Source: Laetmonice hystrix (Eukaryota). From it: a DNA stretch of 64,000 nucleotides. Shown here piece by piece: positions 58,742 to 64,000 of the stretch (positions are counted from its first letter, which is position 1; each line of letters opens with the position of its first letter). The notes beneath the pieces are model-generated. The model did not search any database, was not told where the DNA came from, and worked only from the letters and a program-made list of their open reading frames with translations. The stretch lies in NCBI GenBank assembly GCA_965235115.1, contig OZ249440.1, forward strand, positions 3,224,001 to 3,288,000, in the 5' to 3' direction. Both the position numbers and the translations under genes were made by a program.

Positions 58742-59249
58742 TTTACCTCTGGGTAAATATAATGTGACGAGGTCAGTGACTGTGACATAATGGTGTGATA
58801 TATCTCCTGGTCACGTGGTTAGATGAACATCATGCGGTCACGTTTCTCACGACAAAATGCATTCCTTGTAAGATTAATGAGTCTCAAGTTAACCTCAATT
58901 TGATACAAACAGGAAGTGAAAACAGTCACGCATAGAAAACTTGAACGTCGTCTCTATTAGATCTGTAGAACTCCCGAAAAAAAAACAATCCCCAAAACCG
59001 TCAGAGGTCAGCCCTGTAGGTATTCCCGGGTAGTCTGACCTAATTCTACCGAAATCTTGTCCTGTCAAAGTCGCACTTCACCAAGGGACATCGGTGACTA
59101 TACGGAATCGTCTTGAACAGTTCCGGTTGAGCGCCCGGGCTGAGCGACGACCTGAACGGGCACATGTCAGCATGGTGCCAGATAGTCCGGTGGAAGGACT
59201 TGCCTTTTCGTAAAGCTGTGGTGTGGGAGTGATCCGGCCATGAGGGATT

Positions 59250-59412
59250 CTATTTCTATATACCCATGACCTCACGGCAGTTCCCTGACCTGAACCCCTG
59301 AGCGAGTGTCACCGACTCGCGACCGTCCCCGATAGGGACACTCGGCGGAAGTTTGGCCGGACATCCTCGGATATAGTCGTCGACTGGTCGGCGAGTCGGA
59401 CACTTCCGAGAG
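59250..59412 (+). promoter_or_regulatory. Possible promoter or non-coding first exon of the GT7 gene
   Basis: CpG-rich stretch ending in AG|GTAAGA (donor at 59413). A candidate acceptor atattttcag lies at ~61875, upstream of the ATG. The left boundary is a guess. Confidence 0.3.
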
Positions 59413-61947
59413 GTAAGAGTTTAATCCAGTCACCTTAAAGTTAGCATGGCTCGAAACGGAAGGGAAACTTTACATCTATTGTCGTACTAGTTCAAAATGA
59501 TATCATAGCAAAGCCCTAGGATGCGCTAACTTCGTACAAAGGATAGAAACGATGGACGGGACTAAACATGTAAGAGTTTACTACATCTTTATACTTTTAA
59601 ATGTGTTTTCTACTATCAGTTGGATAATAGTCATCAGGCATTTTTATGAAAACCTCGGAATCTAGCGAACGGGTAGCCTAGCGTCTACAGGTGCCCTACG
59701 ATCAAACTGAGACGGTCCCTCTATTATTTGATATCGTCTCATCATCCACCAGACCTCAAGATTTTCAATAATCCTGTTTTTGAAGAAATTATGGCAGCTC
59801 TTTTTTTCCTACCAGCAGTGACTAAGAGGGTGTGTATAGGCCGGGGTTGAGTGTTAGGGAAAGGGGTTGTAAAGTTCTTGCATGCGCAAGAAAGTGATCC
59901 GGCACTCTGAAAGTTCAACTTACTGGCATTGTTCAACTTGGAAGCAGTCTACTGTGACGAAAAATGTATGACTAACTTGGTTCGAGGCAAGAGGTCAAAG
60001 AAAACAATCCTTGAACTTCCACTTGAGGCCTCGAAAAGGTCTCGTGTATATCACGGTGTCCACCTGGTATAACTATGTTAATGACTGACGATTTACTCGT
60101 CAGGAAAGTGTTTTTGTCACATGTTTTTGTCACGTGGACGGGTAGTGGGTCGCGACTTGACCTCATTACAAGGCAAACTGCATGACGTCTGCAAATTCTC
60201 TCTGCCATGGATAGCCCTAGATACACGTTGTAGTGATATGGAAACTGTGAAGGGGCGCTATCCAGTCCCCGTCAGAGAGACCGCGGAAGAGTTTCGAGAG
60301 TTGGGGTGGGGTGAGGTGGGGTGGGGTGGGGTGTGGCGGCGAATCTATTGGATTTTCTTTTAATAACAATCTATTGAAAATTTGTATTGGCTCTCAAAAA
60401 GTGCCCCCCGCCCCCGCCCCGCCCCCGCTCCCGCTTCCACGGCCCCTGGGTACGAAGGCCAGGCTGAACAGTGATTATACGGAAATATTGACAGGCAGAA
60501 TTTTCCTCATGTGGCAGTTAGCCAGCCCAATCTTTGTCGTCTGTTGGCCTATAACAGCAAGCCCGAGAGTGAAGAAGACAACACCCTTTCGAACTTGCGT
60601 ACATTTTCCTTCCGACAATCGACATCATTTTCAGGGCATACGCGATTGGTGGGGCCGGGGGGGGGGGATCGGGGGTCTGTTGTCTGCCAGAAAGAGTGCC
60701 GTTTTTTGGTAAGAGGATACGTGTTGAAATTGACCGATGTACTTCATTGCAATATCCTTAATTGAAATATCGAAATACTCCACTGACCTTTTGTGTGGCT
60801 GTCTACGGCTGTGAATGTGGTGTCGTCATTTCAATAAACTTTCTCGAGGGTGATTGACAAAGATTTCATTAGGGCTGGCATCTCAAGCCGTGTTGTCATA
60901 ATAACCGTGGCCACCACTCATAGAAAACTCACAATGGCTGTGGCCGCCGTGACGAACCATTCAGCTGGCTGCCACCGGCCGAACCCACCTTTCTGGGTTA
61001 TTGTCCTGTGATAACCATTCCACGAATATAGGGTGTGTGTTAGGGACAGGGTAGAGCTAGGGACAAGTCAGTGTCAGTGAGGGAATTGGGGGTTTTACGC
61101 CCTGTCGACAGAACTTCAGTCATATTCAGCTAGGGCGATGGGAAGCATATTGAATTCAGTCAAGGGACCTATTTTACCCCCGAGTCCCAGGGGGTGGGTG
61201 ATGATGAGGATGAAGTGAGATAGAAACCTGCCACCGGGAGGCAATCCCCTACTCTTTTCGAAAAATTGCAAGGGTTCTTTTATATGCCCAGTCACACAGA
61301 CATGGCTGGACATACCAAAACCTTTGACGACCCAGCTGCGGAGCACTGGGGAGGACCAGTGCTATAGGGATAAGTTTCTTTCACCGAGCAGGGGGCAGCG
61401 AGTCGGGGGTATAGGGCTAGGTTTTGGGGTTATTAATGGTAAGAGATTTGTAGTTCTTGTCACAGAGATTGGTGGAGAGGTTACAACACGCCGGATGGTC
61501 TCACCTCTCTTGGTTTACTGAATGTCGCCGGGGACATGCCAACGTCCTGACAAGTTTTAATCAAGAATTTATTGACATGGGTAAGGAACGGGTTGGGGGA
61601 ACTCGTGCATGGGAGCCAGGTCAGACGGTGGGTCATTGGGGCAGGGCAACAAACACCGAATAGAAATCTTATTTAGATTGGCAAGGAATACCAAGCGAGC
61701 TTACATGACTGTGATGGAAATATTGTCTATATACTGTGTCGGACTCCTCCAAACTGGATTAGGTCACCGAGAATTGTATAGATCAAATAAGTTTCTCTAG
61801 GCAACTCCAGTCGTAGGACCGTGAAACCTATTCTGCCTCATCTTCACCACTGTTTATTGGTGTTATATTTTCAGTGAACACTTCAGGGCGTGTAGTATGA
61901 AGGGTAGGTAAGATCTAAGACGGCTCTTGGTGTCACGTGACGCCACG

Positions 61948-62797
61948 ATGTGCAACCATGACGTCACAAAAACGCGATGTGCTCTGGGATTGCTACTCGG
62001 GATATTGATGACGTACACAATCGTCGTGATCTTCCAGGAAGATACCCGTCTCAAGGAGAGCACGTGGAGTCCCCAGAATATCAAACTAAAACGGTTCACT
62101 CAGCTTCGTACACAAGTCCTACAACAGCTCAGGGTTATTGGCTCCAGGTTAAACGACTTTGTTGATAATAGTACCGCGGCTAAAGGCAATGCAGATGAGT
62201 TGGTAAAGTTAAAACGATTAGTAGATTCCCTACAGTCTGCTGGTAATGTCCACCACAGTTTGCACCCACTCAAGTCGATTCTCGGCATGAGGAACTCTAG
62301 TCAAACTGAGCAGAGGCAAACATTGTCAACCCAACGAACACCTCATAATCAGCTAAACAACCAATCTAACAGGGATAGCCAAGTGTTAACCCAACGAACA
62401 CCTCATAAGCAGCTGAACAACCAATCTGACAAGGATATCCATGTGTCAACCCAACGAACACCTCATAATCAGCTGAACAACCAATCTGACAAGGATATCC
62501 AAGTGTCAACCCAACGAACACCTCATAATCAGCTAAACAACCAATCTAACAAGGATATCCAAGTGTCAACCCAACGAACACCTCATAATCAGCTAAACAA
62601 CCAATCTGACATGGATATCCAAGTGTCAACCCAACGATATGTGAGATTGAGCCAGTCGAGTACTTCCACCAATCGGCCTCAACATGACCCTCAGAACACA
62701 CCAGTCTCACTTCATCCCACCACCAGGCTGCAGGGTTTTATTAACGTGGTTGATAATGTTCCTGACGGCAATGGAAGGTGCCCAGAGATGCCGACAG
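61948..62797 (+). CDS. GT7 family beta-1,4-galactosyl/GalNAc-transferase, coding exon 1 (type II TM anchor and repeat-rich stem)
   Basis: ATG, short tail, hydrophobic ALGLLLGILMTYTIVVIF, long stem ending CPEMPT. Donor gtaaat, phase 1. Confidence 0.85.
62325..62637 (+). repeat. Coding 60-bp repeat x5 in the GT7 stem
   Basis: Encodes STQRTPHNQLNNQS(N/D)KDIQV units in frame. Confidence 0.92.
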
Positions 62798-63024
62798 GTA
62801 AATGAATAAATTGTCCTCGAGTACATCGTGTATCTGAGCTTTGTTTTCCTCGTCAAATTAATATAATCAATTATATCGCCTAGGTAAAGGGTTGGAGGTA
62901 GGGAGTAGTGGTAGGGGTTGGGGGTAGGGTCGGGGGTAGGGAGTAGGCCTAGTGGTAGGGGGTAGTGGTATTTCTTTCCACCAGATTTGGTGTAAATGTT
63001 ACGGTGAGAATCCACCCGTTTCAG

Positions 63025-63257
63025 AAGGAAACTTCCGTGTAGATTTAGCGACGAAACGTTGGGAGGAGATATACAATGACCACCCAGAGCTCGGGCGTGG
63101 CGGCAGGTGGCGTCCCAGTCAGTGTCATGCGCGTTACCGGGTCGCTATCCTCATCCCGTACCGGAAACGACAACAACAACTTCGTATTTTCATGAACAAC
63201 ATGCACAGATTTCTACAAAAACAAAACTTAGAATACCAAATTTACGTCATCGAGCAG
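63025..63257 (+). CDS. GT7 family transferase, coding exon 2
   Basis: GGRWRPSQCHARYRVAILIPYRKRQQQL...FLQKQNLEYQIYVIEQ, a B4GALT N-terminal catalytic motif. Acceptor gtttcag, donor gtaagt, phase 1 to 0. Confidence 0.93.
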
Positions 63258-63427
63258 GTAAGTGAAGTTAGATAAGTTAACAGTCGTGAACTGGAGTCAT
63301 TCTTGCATGCCAAAAGTACATTTTAGAGACACAAAATCTACCAAATATACAATCTATTTCTCAATCCCTCAGACATGTTGTGAATGACGTCACACCCCTC
63401 ATTGTTCAATTGTTCCACCTCACACAG

Positions 63428-63615
63428 TACGGTGACGCGCCGTTTAACCGTGGGATGTTGCTAAACGTTGGGTTCACGGAATCTCTGAAGGATACGACAT
63501 GGGACTGTGTCGTTCTTCATGACGTCGATCATATCCCTCTCGACGACAGGAACCTTTACCACTGTGCACCCAGACCGCGACATCTATCTGTCGTTGTAGA
63601 AAAATATCATCATAT
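63428..63615 (+). CDS. GT7 family transferase, coding exon 3 (gene continues past the window)
   Basis: FNRGMLLNVGF...WDCVVLHDVDHIPLDDRNLYHC...PRHLS, containing the DxD motif. Donor gttagt, phase 2. Confidence 0.93.
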
Positions 63616-64000
63616 GTTAGTGTCTGTTTCTTCTTACCGTTTCTTGGTATTGCTAAAATCTGACTTCAGAATTCTCAATCAGCGAGCAAAAACTTCTGTT
63701 ACATTTGCTGAGTAACATATGACTAGCACTGGATCGGATTTTACAAGTATTAAAGGACCAGTGTATACGTGTCGAAGAGGGTGGCGCCCCCTGGATATCC
63801 GGCCCAAGTCGGTTTCATAACCTACTCCGCTCACCTATAAGAACCTATTGATTTCACACTAAAGATATGATTTAGCTGTTTCAAATAATGCACGTATAAT
63901 ATTATTTACTATGCGGCCTAGTTGTAGCTGCGCCTAGAATTCATTTGTCGTGAATTGATGTGGGGAACTATGTTCTGTGCGGATGTACACAACAGCGCAG

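Noticed and set aside
62985-63024. Alternative acceptor (ttccaccag) for GT7 exon 2
   Set aside because: With the phase-1 donor at 62797 it gives an immediate TAA; the acceptor at 63024 keeps the frame.
1-64000. Tandem arrays as CRISPR arrays
   Set aside because: Units are contiguous or have related linkers, there are no unique spacers or cas genes, and the context is a spliced eukaryotic genome.

Overview
This is eukaryotic (animal, most likely invertebrate) genomic DNA with spliced genes, about 30 different minisatellite arrays, several non-autonomous TIR elements, tRNA-derived SINE-like copies and one 226-N assembly gap. The main feature is a minus-strand gene of at least 23 exons (about 9571-42636), which I could chain by hand with GT-AG junctions in consistent phase. 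It encodes a domain-shuffled receptor tyrosine kinase. The ectodomain is usherin (USH2A)-like: LamG-like jellyroll, laminin N-terminal domain, 7 laminin-EGF repeats and one truncated 6-Cys repeat. This is spliced across a 337-bp phase-0 intron to 3 IPT/TIG domains carrying two furin motifs, a transmembrane helix and a MET/RON-family tyrosine kinase. There is no SEMA/PSI domain and no usherin FN3 array. The catalytic HRD loop falls in the assembly gap. At the right end, a plus-strand GT7 family (beta-1,4-galactosyl/GalNAc-transferase) gene with a 20-aa x5 repeat in its stem runs off the window. All comparisons to human USH2A, MET and B4GALT are from memory, not from a search.
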